This document shows, piece by piece, positions 13,896 to 36,426 of a DNA stretch of 64,000 nt. The DNA comes from Hormiphora californensis (Eukaryota; Animalia; Ctenophora), in assembly GCA_020137815.1 (NCBI GenBank), contig CM035352.1, positions 2,232,001-2,296,000 of the forward strand, given 5' to 3'. The notes beneath the pieces are model-generated. The model saw only the letters and a list, made by a program, of their open reading frames with translations. It was not told where the DNA came from and did no database searches. How positions within the stretch are numbered: the first letter of the stretch is position 1; every line of letters begins with the position of its first letter. The position numbers were made by a program, and so were the translations under genes.

Positions 13896-14865
13896 ACCCT
13901 CTACCCCACCATCGAACAGGAGTTCTTTATCATCTCGCAGATGTCGCCAGTCTAATCGCTCTCCTGCGGGTGGACTGGATTGGTGTTGTCTGTGTGTCTC
14001 TCAGTACTGCTGTTGTGGAAGCAGGACCTGTAGCAGACTTCCTCCTTCCGGATCGTCCAGGATTGTTGTTTTTGGAGTGGCCCTCGTCTGAAACTGTCCG
14101 ATGGATCTTTCTGCAGGACTTCTTGGATGGGGCATGGCGGCCAAACTTGATAAAGAACTCCTGTTCGATGGTGGGGTAGAGGGTGTTGGTTTCCTTCTTG
14201 AGCCAGATGAAGTTCCTCTGTTCGGGTGTAAAATGCATTGCAAGTAACGATTGGGAATGATTTTGATGAACATTTGAAGATTTAAATACCCCAGATCCCT
14301 TGGCTAGTGTAATGTGAGATGATAGGCTGATTAGTGACACAAGATGGCCCCTCCTTGATGAAATGATCTCGTATCACGGGCCGCTTGAGAACTTTGACAA
14401 GAACTGGTGACATGAACCCAATCAATCAGCATCACAAAGTGACTTGAGAGCATTGTGGAGGGATATTCAAGGGATATGAGAGCAATAATCCGTTATTGAG
14501 ACATGTTAACAGCACCCCAAACCCACTTTTCACCACGTGACCGGGCCTGGATCACATGTCAGGAGTGACGGTCGGAAAACCCTCCACTGTGTCTCTCCTG
14601 GTAATCAGATTATGCTCAAATTGGTCTCATTACAAAGATAATCGTTAGCCAAAGACGGGCAAAAAATTCTGAATGATGAGGGGGTCTCATATCGAAGGAA
14701 CGGAGAAGTTCATTCCGTTCATGAAAATGAATTTTGAGCTAGAGCTCTGATTTTTCTGTCAGGATCAAGATAGACATAGTGGAGCAACCCTGCCAAGTTA
14801 CAGCTCTCCACCACATCGGCAACTATGGTGGTCTAGGGGGGGCCTTTTTTTTGCCGCACACGGTA
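13896..14865 (-). mobile_element. 3'-truncated Tc1/mariner-superfamily transposon (left end plus transposase HTH only)
   Basis: MHFTPEQRNFIWLKK...EFFIKFGRHAPSKKSCRKIHRTVSDEGHSKNNNPGRSGRRKSA...STRR matches the N-terminal HTH / GRPR-like linker pattern of mariner-like transposases (DUF4817 type). Terminus TA-ccgtgtgcggcaaaaaaa at 14865. No DDD/E domain is present. Confidence 0.75.
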
Positions 14866-15389
14866 CCTATAATTTTTAGTTATTTTAAAGTATACCCCGG
14901 CACCCCTCCCCCCTTCGCAGATCGGGGTCCGGGGAGTATATGGTTTAGTTTCAGGCAATTCACAACTTCATAAACGTTGGATACACTGTAACATGAAAAA
15001 ACCAACCCCCACCGATGCATTGAAAATCGATATTACGAAACAGTCAGTACAGAACAGTAAAGACAGTGTCACAGTAAGTACGTGAGCCGATCAGAGGCCA
15101 GATCTGAGTTCTGAATCTGATTGGCTCACTCGAAAATGTATGTGTCAGATCCCGATGAAATTGAAGTTGAATTCCAGTTGCATTGGATTCAGTGCCTCAT
15201 TTCTAAACGGGGGTTTAGAACGGGAGCGGACTTTTGGCAAAGAGAAAACCGACACCGGGGACTCAGATATCAAATATACACCATTATTAGTCACATAGAT
15301 CTGAGCGGAATGCAGAATTTTGTCTTTTTTGTGTTTTTTCGAGATATTTTCTGAAATTTAAAAATCGCGACTTTTAAAATTTAAAAAAA

Positions 15390-15604
15390 TATTCAGCGCG
15401 CTGCTTCAATGCCGCGCATTCTTTTAAACTTGCTCGCCGAACCACAAAATTCTACCGATCGGCAGCGCGGCGACTCGATCGTCTCTCGCGCTCGCCGCGC
15501 GGATCGGGATTCAATTTTCAAATTTCTCAAAAAGTTCGCGAAAAACGTGAAACGTTTTTTGTTTGGTTCATTTTTTTGAGTTCGCAGGTCGTTTTTCACA
15601 AGAA
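15390..15604 (+). promoter_or_regulatory. CpG-rich upstream region and splice acceptor 5' of the carrier gene
   Basis: Dense cgcg motifs 15396-15540; tttttttgagttcgcag acceptor at ~15587 just before ATG 15605 (5'UTR intron or trans-splice site). Confidence 0.4.
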
Positions 15605-26559
<10,955 letters not shown>

Positions 26560-27573
26560 TATAATGACTCTTTTTCTTGGTCGTGTTTTTCTAGAATCTA
26601 GGACAAGACAGAAACTCTCTATATGTAAAATGTTTTATGACTACCTGTGGCTTTGAGTTTGTGTGCGAATCTTTTTTGTATCAGTGAATGAATATGTGTG
26701 AATGAATATGTAATACGTTAGTGGGCTACATAACTTTTTTTCAGTATGGCAAAACAAATATTGTGTCGTCTGATTTCTGGTGGAGAGTTTTGTCTCCCTC
26801 ACAACTTGACGTAACGCGCGGTGCTAATGTTTTGAACATCATCGCGCACTTCCCACCAACCACACTCAGCCAGACACAACACTGCAAGAGGGAGACCTCT
26901 GGCACGAGATCAGGTGATTCATCAGGCTGGCATGATGGGGAAGGGGCATGATGGGGAATAGAGAATCAGCTGAGACAATGATCTTGAAATCAACGTTTTT
27001 TTTACCGAACTATAACAGTGAGTGACAGGGGGATGCAAGTCCAGGTTTGCTGACTTTTCCCACGGTTGAGTCATTGGACGCGCGATCATCCTTCCCAAAA
27101 CACTTCCGCGCGTGACAGAACCGTGATTGGTTCCAATCGTGTGTGACAACTGATATGACAACCCCGAACCCCACCAACCAACATATCTGACATCGCCCCC
27201 AACCCGGCCCCCATCGCCACCCCCGTGTCACTCCCCCAATCCTCCCCCAATGATCATCATCCAACGCTCAAGGGCCGGCTCTTACGTGATGATCAAAATG
27301 GTCCGCACATTGCAGTTTTTGGCAGATGATGATGAACAAAAACATGAGCACACTTCATCTTTTTAACTGATGATGATCATCACGATCAGTATACTTAATA
27401 AGCATACTGATTTTGGGATATCTGTTGCAATAAAAAATCTCCCCAAAATAGCACCCCCTAATGCTTATAGCCTAAAGACTTTAAATTTGGAGGTAAGGAA
27501 AGTACGTTCTTCAGTCTGAAGTCTCTATCTAGTCAGGGGCGGACCGCGGAGCTATAATCGTGGGAAACAACAA

Positions 27574-28081
27574 GGGTGCGTACAGACTGTCCATGCGTTT
27601 TCGATATGTTTTTACTCTCCAAGCTTGGTCAAATGACCAAATTTTGTCAGTCTCAGTGGTCATCCGACATATCCCGACGTGAAATTCGACCTGAATCTCG
27701 ACCTGGAATGAGGCGCGCATCAGAGAGATGTGCCGCAGTAAGCAAATGGTGTCGCGCTTCAACTCTTCTCTCTCGCTCACTACGAATGCACGCCTCATTC
27801 CAGGTCGAGATTCAGGTCGAATTTCACGTCGAGGTATGGCAATTATGTCGGATGACCACTGTCTGTGCGACTTGGTCAAAATGCCCATGCCCATAATGTG
27901 GGCAAGATTTTGACCAAGTCGCACAGACTGACAAAACTTGGTCATTTGACCAAGCTTGGAGAGTAAAAACTGAAACTAATTCATAACATATCGAAAACCA
28001 CTGAACCCGACTAATTTTGATACGCTGGCGACTTGGTCAAAATAATGGACATGATCACGCATGGACAGTCTGTGCGTGCCC
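27574..28081. mobile_element. PIF/Harbinger-like MITE with segmented internal palindrome
   Basis: Ends gggtgcgtacagactgtccatgcg / cgcatggacagtctgtgcgtgccc flanked by 3-bp CAA direct repeat; several nested inverted blocks inside. Confidence 0.75.
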
Positions 28082-28998
28082 CAAGTAAATGAGGGCTGTC
28101 TTGCAGCGTCAGTCCCCATTTTTATTTTTTCGACAGTCGAATATGTCGAATGTTTGATTTGTGAGGACTGAGGTCCCCAAATTTGAGAGCATGCACCCTT
28201 CTAATAAATCTTCACATCTCACCCATTGAGTCGCCTGACACTGTGTCCACGCTCCGAAAGAATGAACATTTCAACTCACACAATCGCTTAATAAATAAAT
28301 CAAGCCTGGTTAAATTACATCCCTGTCTGGCGGTGCTGACCATAATTACACTTCCCATGAGACAGTCCTCACTGTGTAACCCGCCCACGTGAGATGCTGC
28401 CCACTTGCCACTTGGTTAGGTAATAGGTGCAAACCCATCACTAAGTAGGGGTTTCAAGATGCAAGAGAACTGCAAGTTGAAACATTCAACCTGCATGTTG
28501 TAGCGGCCTGCCAAGAAAAACTGCCGCGTTGATTGTGTGCCAAGAAATACAGTGCAGTCGGTGTGGACGTTTTCCCCAACACTTCTAAAAATATAAGTTG
28601 GAGTTTCCGATTGTTCAGTGCTCAGTGTATGTACTGTTTCTAATTGCTATCAGAAGTCTGTAATATAGTGCACTGTGTTGTAAAGTGTTGACTCTACCAA
28701 TGCTTCTTAGGTTCTAACCCTCTTTTACATTTGTTTCCCGGGTGGGGTGCGGGAAACAGGGTCGATCAATGCCTCTCAGTTGCCAATTTCATGATTAACT
28801 TGTGACTTTTTAGCAGGTAAATATAATAGTAATACCAGTTTGCATGTTCATGTCCTCATCGGAAGCGAGGGCCGAGGGCGTCTACCTGCTACTTTGGAAA
28901 ATTTGTTGTGAACATAAATTTTTTGAAAATGATAGACGATGATTCGGAAAAAAATAATCAGATAATCTACAAAATCATTCGGAAGCTATGAAATCATT

Positions 28999-29004
28999 TT
29001 TATT
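28999..29004 (-). terminator. Polyadenylation signal of the GGP-repeat gene
   Basis: AATAAA on the minus strand about 27 nt after the TAG at 29031. Confidence 0.65.
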
Positions 29005-29030
29005 TTTCCGAGTTCAACTCAGAGTCCACT

Positions 29031-32000
29031 CTATTGTCCATAGCCGTTTCCCCATCCATTGCCCCACCCAGAGCCATATCCAGCAGCAGAGCCACCTCCA
29101 GCACCACCGGCACCTCCGGCACCACCGCTGAGTCCTCCGCCAAAACCGGCTCCGAAACCGTTTCCAGCTCCAGCACCGGCTCCGAAACCGTTTCCTGCTC
29201 CAGCACCGGCTCCGAATCCGTTTCCGGCTCCAGCACCGGCTCCGAATCCGTTTCCGGCTCCAGCTCCAGCACCAAGGGGAGCTCCGCCCATATTCACAGA
29301 GATGTTAGCTCCAAAACCGGGATTGGCACCACCAGCATTAGGGAATGCAGGGGCACCTCCGGCATTAGGGAAGTTAGGGGCACCTCCACCATTAGGGAAG
29401 TTAGGGGCTCCTCCACCGTTGGGGAAGTTAGGGGCACCTCCGCCGTTGGGGAAGTTAGGGGCACCTCCAGCATTAGGGAAGTTAGGGGCACCTCCACCGT
29501 TGGGGAAGTTAGGGGCACCTCCGCCGTTGGGGAAGTTAGGGGCACCTCCAGCATTGGGGAAGTTAGGGGCACCTCCGCCGTTGGGGAAGTTAGGGGCACC
29601 TCCGGCAGGGGCGGCACGAGGAGTGTTGGTCCTAATGTTAATGTTAAGACCACCAGCGGGGGCAGCTCCAGGGAAAGTGATAGCGGTGTTAGGGACCATT
29701 CGGCGTCCACCGTTCAGTCGGACAACACTGTATCCGGGCCTGCTCTTGGATGGCCTAATGTTGGACTGGGGAACGGTAACAAGAGTTCCAGAAATGGCAA
29801 CTGTAACCGCAGGGATAGGTGCTGCGGGGATCGAGCTCAGGGGAGATCTGATCGGGGACCGCATGAACACGGGAGATCTAATGGGAGAGCCAGGAAGGGA
29901 GTGCAGTGGTGAGTAGATGCAAAGTGGAGTTCCACTCTCACCTGGGCCACCTGGTCCTCCAGGACCTCCTGGGCCACCAGGTCCACCGGGTCCGCCAGGA
30001 CCTCCGGGGCCACCAGGTCCTCCGGGTCCACATGGAAGGAAGGCGTGAGGAGGCTGCAGACAAGCTGGGCACTTATCCGCGGGGGTATTGGGCTGAGGGC
30101 CACTGACAGTAACCTCAATGATAATAACAGTGGGACAGATTGGTCTTCGCTCTCCCTTGATCTTCACAGAGAATCCAGTCTTGGGGGCCTTCCTTGGTCG
30201 GAAGTTCCTTCCGGGAACAGTGAAAGAGGTTCCGGCAACGGTGATTGTGTAGAACTTCTGAGGGTAGATAGGGGTACCATTGACCACGAATAGTGGCCTA
30301 CTGTGTGGCGCTCCAGAAGGCTCGTTCATCATCGTTTTAGGGAGGACCACAATAGGTCGCTTGTCCCCAACGAGGGGATCGTAGTGAGGCTTCACTGACT
30401 TGTCTGGGTTGAAGAGGACGTAGAGAGGGAAGTGTCGAACACCCTTAGGTAGCAACACTCCTTTGAGGGAGTCAGGAAGAGACTTGGGTTTCGTTCCTGG
30501 GAAGATAAGTTTGTAAGGGCAATCATCTTCATCAGAACTGGAGTCAGAAGAAGTGTAGTCTGGATCAGAATCACCGGGAAGGCCACCTGGACCTCCTGGA
30601 CCTCCAGGACCACCTGGACCACCTGGACCTCCAGGGCCACCATTACGAGGATCATCATCGGGATCGGGGCCACCGGGACCTCCTGGGCCTCCAGGTCCAC
30701 CGGGACCGCCAGGTCCTCCAGGTCCACCGGGACCTCCACGGTTTTTGGGACTGTAGGGACAGTCTTCGGGACTATGAGGACCTCGGCCTCCAGGTCCACC
30801 TGGACCTCCTGGACCACCTGGACCTCCAGGACCACCAGGACCACCTTGTCGAGGATCGTCATTGGGATCTCTTGGTCCACCGGGTCCACCTGGGCCTCCG
30901 GGTCCACCTGGACCTCCAGGTCCACCACGTCGAGGATCGTCGTTGGGATCTTTTGGGCCTCCTGGACCTCCTGGCCCACCAGGACCTCCTGGACCACCTC
31001 GTCGAGGATCGTCGTTGGGATCTCTTGGTCCACCTGGGCCTCCGGGTCCACCGGGACCTCCTGGACCTCCAGGTCCACCTCGTCGAGGATCGTCGTTGGG
31101 ATCTCTTGGTCCACCTGGGCCTCCGGGTCCACCAGGACCTCCTGGACCACCGGGACCTCCTGGGCCACCACATCTCCTAGGGCAACGAGGACCTCCGGGA
31201 CCTCCAGGACCACCTGGTCCGCCTGGGCCTCCAGGACCACCAGGACCACCTCGTCGAGGATCATCGTTGGGATCTCTTGGTCCACCTGGGCCTCCGGGTC
31301 CACCAGGACCTCCTGGACCACCAGGACCACCTCGTCGAGGATCGTCGTTGGGATCCCTTGGTCCACCTGGGCCTCCGGGTCCACCAGGGACCTCCTGGAC
31401 CTCCAGGTACCACCTCGTCGAGGATCAGTCGTTAGGGATCTTTTGGTCCACCAGGACTGCCACACAACGGGCAGTCATGTTTGGGATCTTTGGGACCTCC
31501 AGGACCACCAGGTCCACCGGGACCTCCTGGACCTCCAGGACCACCCCTTCGAGGATCATCGTTGGGATCTCTTGGTCCACCTGGGCCTCCGGGTCCACCA
31601 GGACCTCCTGGACCACCAGGACCACCTCTTCGAGGATCATCGTTGGGATCTCTTGGTCCACCTGGGCCTCCAGGTCCGCCGGGACCACCTGGACCTCCGG
31701 GACCACCTCTTCGAGGATCATCCCTGGGATCTTTAGGACCTCCAGGTCCGCCGGGACCTCCGGGGCCACCGGGACCACCCCTTCGAGGATCATCTCTGGG
31801 ATCTTTTGGTCCGTCTGGGCCTCCAGGTCCGCCGGGACCACCTGGACCTCCAGGTCCACCGGGACCACCGGGTCCACCACAGAATGGACATCTGTGTTTT
31901 TTAGGTCCTCCAGGACCTCCTGGACCTCCTGGACCTCCTGGTCCTCCGGGACCTCCTGGTCCAGCAGGCTTTTTAGGCGATTCTGGCTTCTTTGGAGCTG

Positions 32001-35000
32001 CTGGTTTTATAGGGGATTCTGGTTTCTTTGGAGTAGCAGGAGCACGGTTTCTTGGGCTGTAAGGACAATACTCTGGACTGTGTGGAGTAGGTCCTCCAGG
32101 TCCCCCGGGACCTCCTGGGCCACCTGGACCTCCTGGTCCTCCGGGACCTCCTGGTCCAGCTGGCTTTTTGGGAGATTCAGGTTTCTTTGGAGCTGCTGGT
32201 TTTTTTGGAGATTCTGGCTTTTTTGCTGGAGCTTGTTTCCTTGGGCTGTAAGGACAGTCCTCTGGGCTGTGAGGAGCAAAAGGTCCTCCAGGTCCACCGG
32301 GACCTCCAGGACCTCCTGGCCCACCAGGACCTCCAGGACCACCTGGACCACCACGTCGAGGATCATCCTTAGGCTTTTTGGGGCCACCTGGACCTCCAGG
32401 TCCGCCTGGGCCTCCAGGTCCTCCGGGGCCTCCAGGTCCGCCCCGTCGAGGATCGTCTCTGGGATCTTTAGGACCACCTTTTCGAGGATCATCTCGGGGA
32501 TCTTTAGGACCTCCGGGTCCTCCTGGGCCTCCGGGTCCGCCTGGGCCTCCTGGTCCACCTGGGCCTCCAGGACCTCCACGGTTCTTAGGGCTGTAAGGAC
32601 AATCTTCGGGGCTGTGGGGCGCACGAGGGCCTCCAGGTCCCCCGGGACCACCTGGACCTCCTGGGCCACCGGGACCTCCAGGACCACCTCTTCGGGGATC
32701 ATCCCTGGGATCTTTAGGACCACCGCGTCGAGGATCGTCTCGGGGATCTTTAGGACCTCCAGGTCCGCCAGGACCACCTGGACCTCCTGGGCCACCGGGA
32801 CCTCCAGGACCACCTCTTCGGGGATCATCCCTGGGATCTTTAGGACCACCGCGTCGAGGATCGTCTCGGGGATCTTTAGGACCTCCAGGTCCGCCGGGGC
32901 CACCGGGACCTCCTGGGCCACCGGGACCTCCAGGACCACCTCTTCGGGGATCATCCCTGGGATCTTTAGGACCACCGCGTCGAGGATCGTCTCGGGGATC
33001 TTTAGGACCTCCAGGTCCGCCGGGGCCTCCAGGACCTCCGGGTCCACCTGGGCCTCCAGGACCACCACGGTTCTTAGGGCTGTAAGGGCAATCTTCGGGG
33101 CTGTGTGGGCCACGAGGACCACCTGGTCCTCCAGGTCCTCCGGGACCACCTGGACCTCCAGGTCCGCCGCGTCGAGGATCGTCTCTTGGATCTTTAGGAC
33201 CTCCAGGTCCGCCGGGACCACCTGGTCCACCGGGACCTCCAGGACCACCTCTTCGGGGATCATCCCTGGGATCTTTAGGACCACCTCTTCGAGGATCATC
33301 TCGGGGATCTTTAGGACCGCCAGGTCCGCCTGGGCCTCCAGGTCCACCTGGGCCTCCTGGTCCACCTGGACCTCCACGGTTCTTAGGGCTGTAAGGGCAA
33401 TCTTCAGGGCTGTGTGGGCCACGAGGACCGCCTGGTCCTCCTGGTCCTCCAGGTCCTCCGGGACCACCTGGACCTCCAGGTCCGCCGCGTCGAGGATCGT
33501 CTCTTGGATCTTTAGGACCTCCAGGTCCGCCGGGACCACCTGGTCCACCGGGACCTCCAGGACCACCTCTTCGGGGATCATCCCTGGGATCTTTAGGACC
33601 ACCTCTTCGAGGATCATCTCGGGGATCTTTAGGACCGCCAGGTCCGCCTGGGCCTCCAGGTCCACCTGGGCCTCCAGGACCTCCAGGTCCGCCGCGTCGA
33701 GGATCATCTCTGGGATCTTTAGGACCACCTGGACCTCCGGGTCCACCTGGGCCACCGGGACCTCCGGGACCACCTGGACCGCCACGGTTCTTTGGGCTGT
33801 AAGGACAATCTTCGGGGCTATGGAGGCCACCAGGTCCACCTGGGCCTCCAGGACCTCCGGGTCCACCTGGGCCTCCAGGACCTCCGGGTCCACCAGGACC
33901 TCCGGGACTGCTACCAGGACTCGACCAAGTTGGGGTACTAGAACCACTATCCGGGGCCTCAAATTCAATAGTAATTGGATTCAATGGGCTATTGGGACAA
34001 AGTGGATGATGGGTAAGCTTGCCGTTGACCGATATAATAAATCCATTTGGGTCAGGAGAACCCCCTGGGCCACCAGGTCCTCCGGGACCTCCTGGACCTC
34101 CGGGTCCACCACCATTTGGAGATTTCGGTTTCTTGGGGCTTTCGGGTTTCTTTGGGCCACCAGGTCCACCTGGACCTCCAGGTCCACCTGGACCTCCGGG
34201 TCCACCTGGGCCTCCAGGACCACCATGTCGTGGATCGACACACAGAGGGCAGTAGGGTCCGCCAGGGGCCTCCAGGTCCTCCAGGACCTCCTGGGCCACC
34301 GGGACCTCCTGGGCCACCATCTTTAGGAGATTCGGGTTTCTTTGGACCTCCTGGGCCTCCGGGTCCACCTGGGCCTCCAGGACCTCCGGGTCCACCAGGA
34401 CCACCATGTCGTGGATCGATACACAGAGGGCAGTAGGGTCCGCCGGGGCCTCCAGGTCCACCAGGACCTCCTGGGCCACCGGGACCTCCTGGGCCACCAT
34501 CTTTAGGAGATTCGGGTTTCTTTGGGCCACCAGGTCCACCTGGGCCTCCAGGACCTCCGGGTCCACCTGGGCCTCCAGGACCACCATGTCGTGGATCGAT
34601 ACACAGAGGACAGTATGGTCCGCCGGGGCCTCCTGGGCCACCGGGACCTCCTGGGCCTCCGGGACCTCCTGGACCACCATCTTTAGGAGATTCGGGTTTC
34701 TTTGGGCCACCAGGTCCACCTGGGCCTCCAGGACCTCCGGGTCCACCTGGGCCTCCAGGACCACCATGTCGTGGATCGACACACAGAGGGCAGTATGGTC
34801 CGCCGGGGCCTCCTGGGCCACCGGGACCTCCTGGGCCACCGGGACCTCCTGGACCACCATCTTTAGGAGATTCGGGTTTCTTTGGGCCACCAGGTCCACC
34901 TGGGCCTCCAGGACCTCCGGGTCCACCTGGGCCTCCAGGACCACCATGTCGTGGATCGACACACAGAGGGCAGTAGGGTCCGCCGGGGCCTCCAGGTCCT

Positions 35001-36426
35001 CCGGGACCTCCTGGTCCACCGGGACCTCCTGGGCCGCCATCTTTAGGAGATTCGGGTTTCTTTGGACCTCCTGGGCCTTCGGGACCACCAGGACCCCCAG
35101 GTCCACCTGGGCCTCCAGGACCACCTGGACCACCATATCTAGGATCAAGTAAAAGAGGACAGAAAATGCCGCCAGGACCCCCGGGTCCACCAGGACCTCC
35201 AGGTCCACCTGGACCTCCTGGGCCACCAGGACCCCCTGGACCACCAGGACCTCCTGGGCTACCTGGTCTGGTAGGATCACGACATTCAGGATAGTATGGA
35301 CAACCTCCTGGGCCTCCATCGCCTCCTGGGCCACCATCACCTCCCGGGCCACCATCACCTCCCGGGCCACCATCGCCTCCTGGGCCTCCATCGCCTCCAT
35401 CGCCTCCTGGGCCACCATCGCCTCCTGGGCCTCCATCGCCTCCATCGCCTCCGGGACCCCCTGGTCCACCGGGACCGCCCTCCTTGCTTGGCAGAGCTGG
35501 TCCGAAGCAGTATGGACATACAAGTCCAGTGGGGCTTGATGGCCTACTGTTCATTATTCCGCAGATAGGACAAAAGATAAGGTTGTTGGGGAGTGGTTCA
35601 GGTTGGTTGGCAGGGGAAGATGGACAATCCCTACAGTGGATTCCAGGGCTCCCGGGTGCACCGGGACAACCGTTATCAGCAACAGCTGGTCGAACGTTAG
35701 TTCCAAAGTATGTCCTTCCGAACAGCTTGACCGTTACTGTTCCGGGTGTCGGGTTGGGGCTGATATCCACTCCCATCACGTTCTGGTCACGACCGATCTC
35801 TGGGATAAAAACAATAAACAGAGTGGTTGGGTTGAGTGTCTGAGGCTGGCCCTGAGGACTGGCGAAGGGGTTCACCATGTTAAGAATGGGAGAGCCACCA
35901 GCAGGAGCCCGAGCGTTGGGGTTCACCATGTTGAGGCTGGGTCGGGCGTTAACATTAAGGTTAACATTTGGTGCGCCCATGCCGATAACAGGTCCGCCCA
36001 TAGCAGGAGCTCGAGCGTTGGGATTTGCCATGTTGAGGTTTGGTCGGGCGTTAACATTAAGGTTAACATTCGGTGCGCCCATGCCCACAGCAGGTCCGCC
36101 CATAGCAGGTCCACCCATGCCCATAGCAGGTCCACCCATGCCCATAGCAGGTCCACCCATGCCCATAGCAGGTCCACCCATGCCCATAGCAGGTCCACCC
36201 ATGCCCATTAGCAGGCTCCGCCACGAGCGTTGATACTGATGTTGGCACCTAGACCACCGCCTGCAGCTGCTCCTCGAGAAGCGTTAGCCGCGGCAGCCCC
36301 AAAGTTAGCTGCATTGCCCATAGCACCCGATCGGGCGCCCATTGCCGCGTTAGACATGGCTCCGTTTCCGGAGCCGAATGCTGCATTTGCAGCTCCCCCG
36401 TTGAAGTTCCCGTAATTATATGCCAT
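29031..36426 (-). CDS. Giant (Gly-Gly-Pro)n / CxxC modular structural protein, ~2,460 aa, intronless CDS
   Basis: Four ORF segments join into one frame of 7389 nt after removing 7 single-base insertions (36216, 36209, 34264, 31434, 31427, 31409, 31386), each visible as a deviation from neighbouring repeat units. Upstream acceptor at 36456-36457, ATG 36426, stop 29031, AATAAA downstream. Spacer variants are synonymous on this strand. Confidence 0.85.
34223..35123 (-). repeat. 180-bp higher-order coding repeat, five units
   Basis: Anchor ccatgtcgtggatcga at 34223, 34404, 34584, 34764, 34944; unit = YCPLC(V/I)DPRH(GGP)7 KKPESPKD(GGP)7, 60 aa. Confidence 0.9.

Noticed and set aside
30862-35152. 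Plus-strand collagen (Gly-Pro-Pro) gene
   Set aside because: Antisense shadow of GGP codons; recurrent stops opposite Tyr codons, no signal peptide or NC domain, and spacer changes are synonymous only on the minus strand.
30392-35523. Long alternative-frame ORFs (VLEVQVVP... and TSWTSR... types)
   Set aside because: Off-frame readings of a stop-poor GC-rich repeat.
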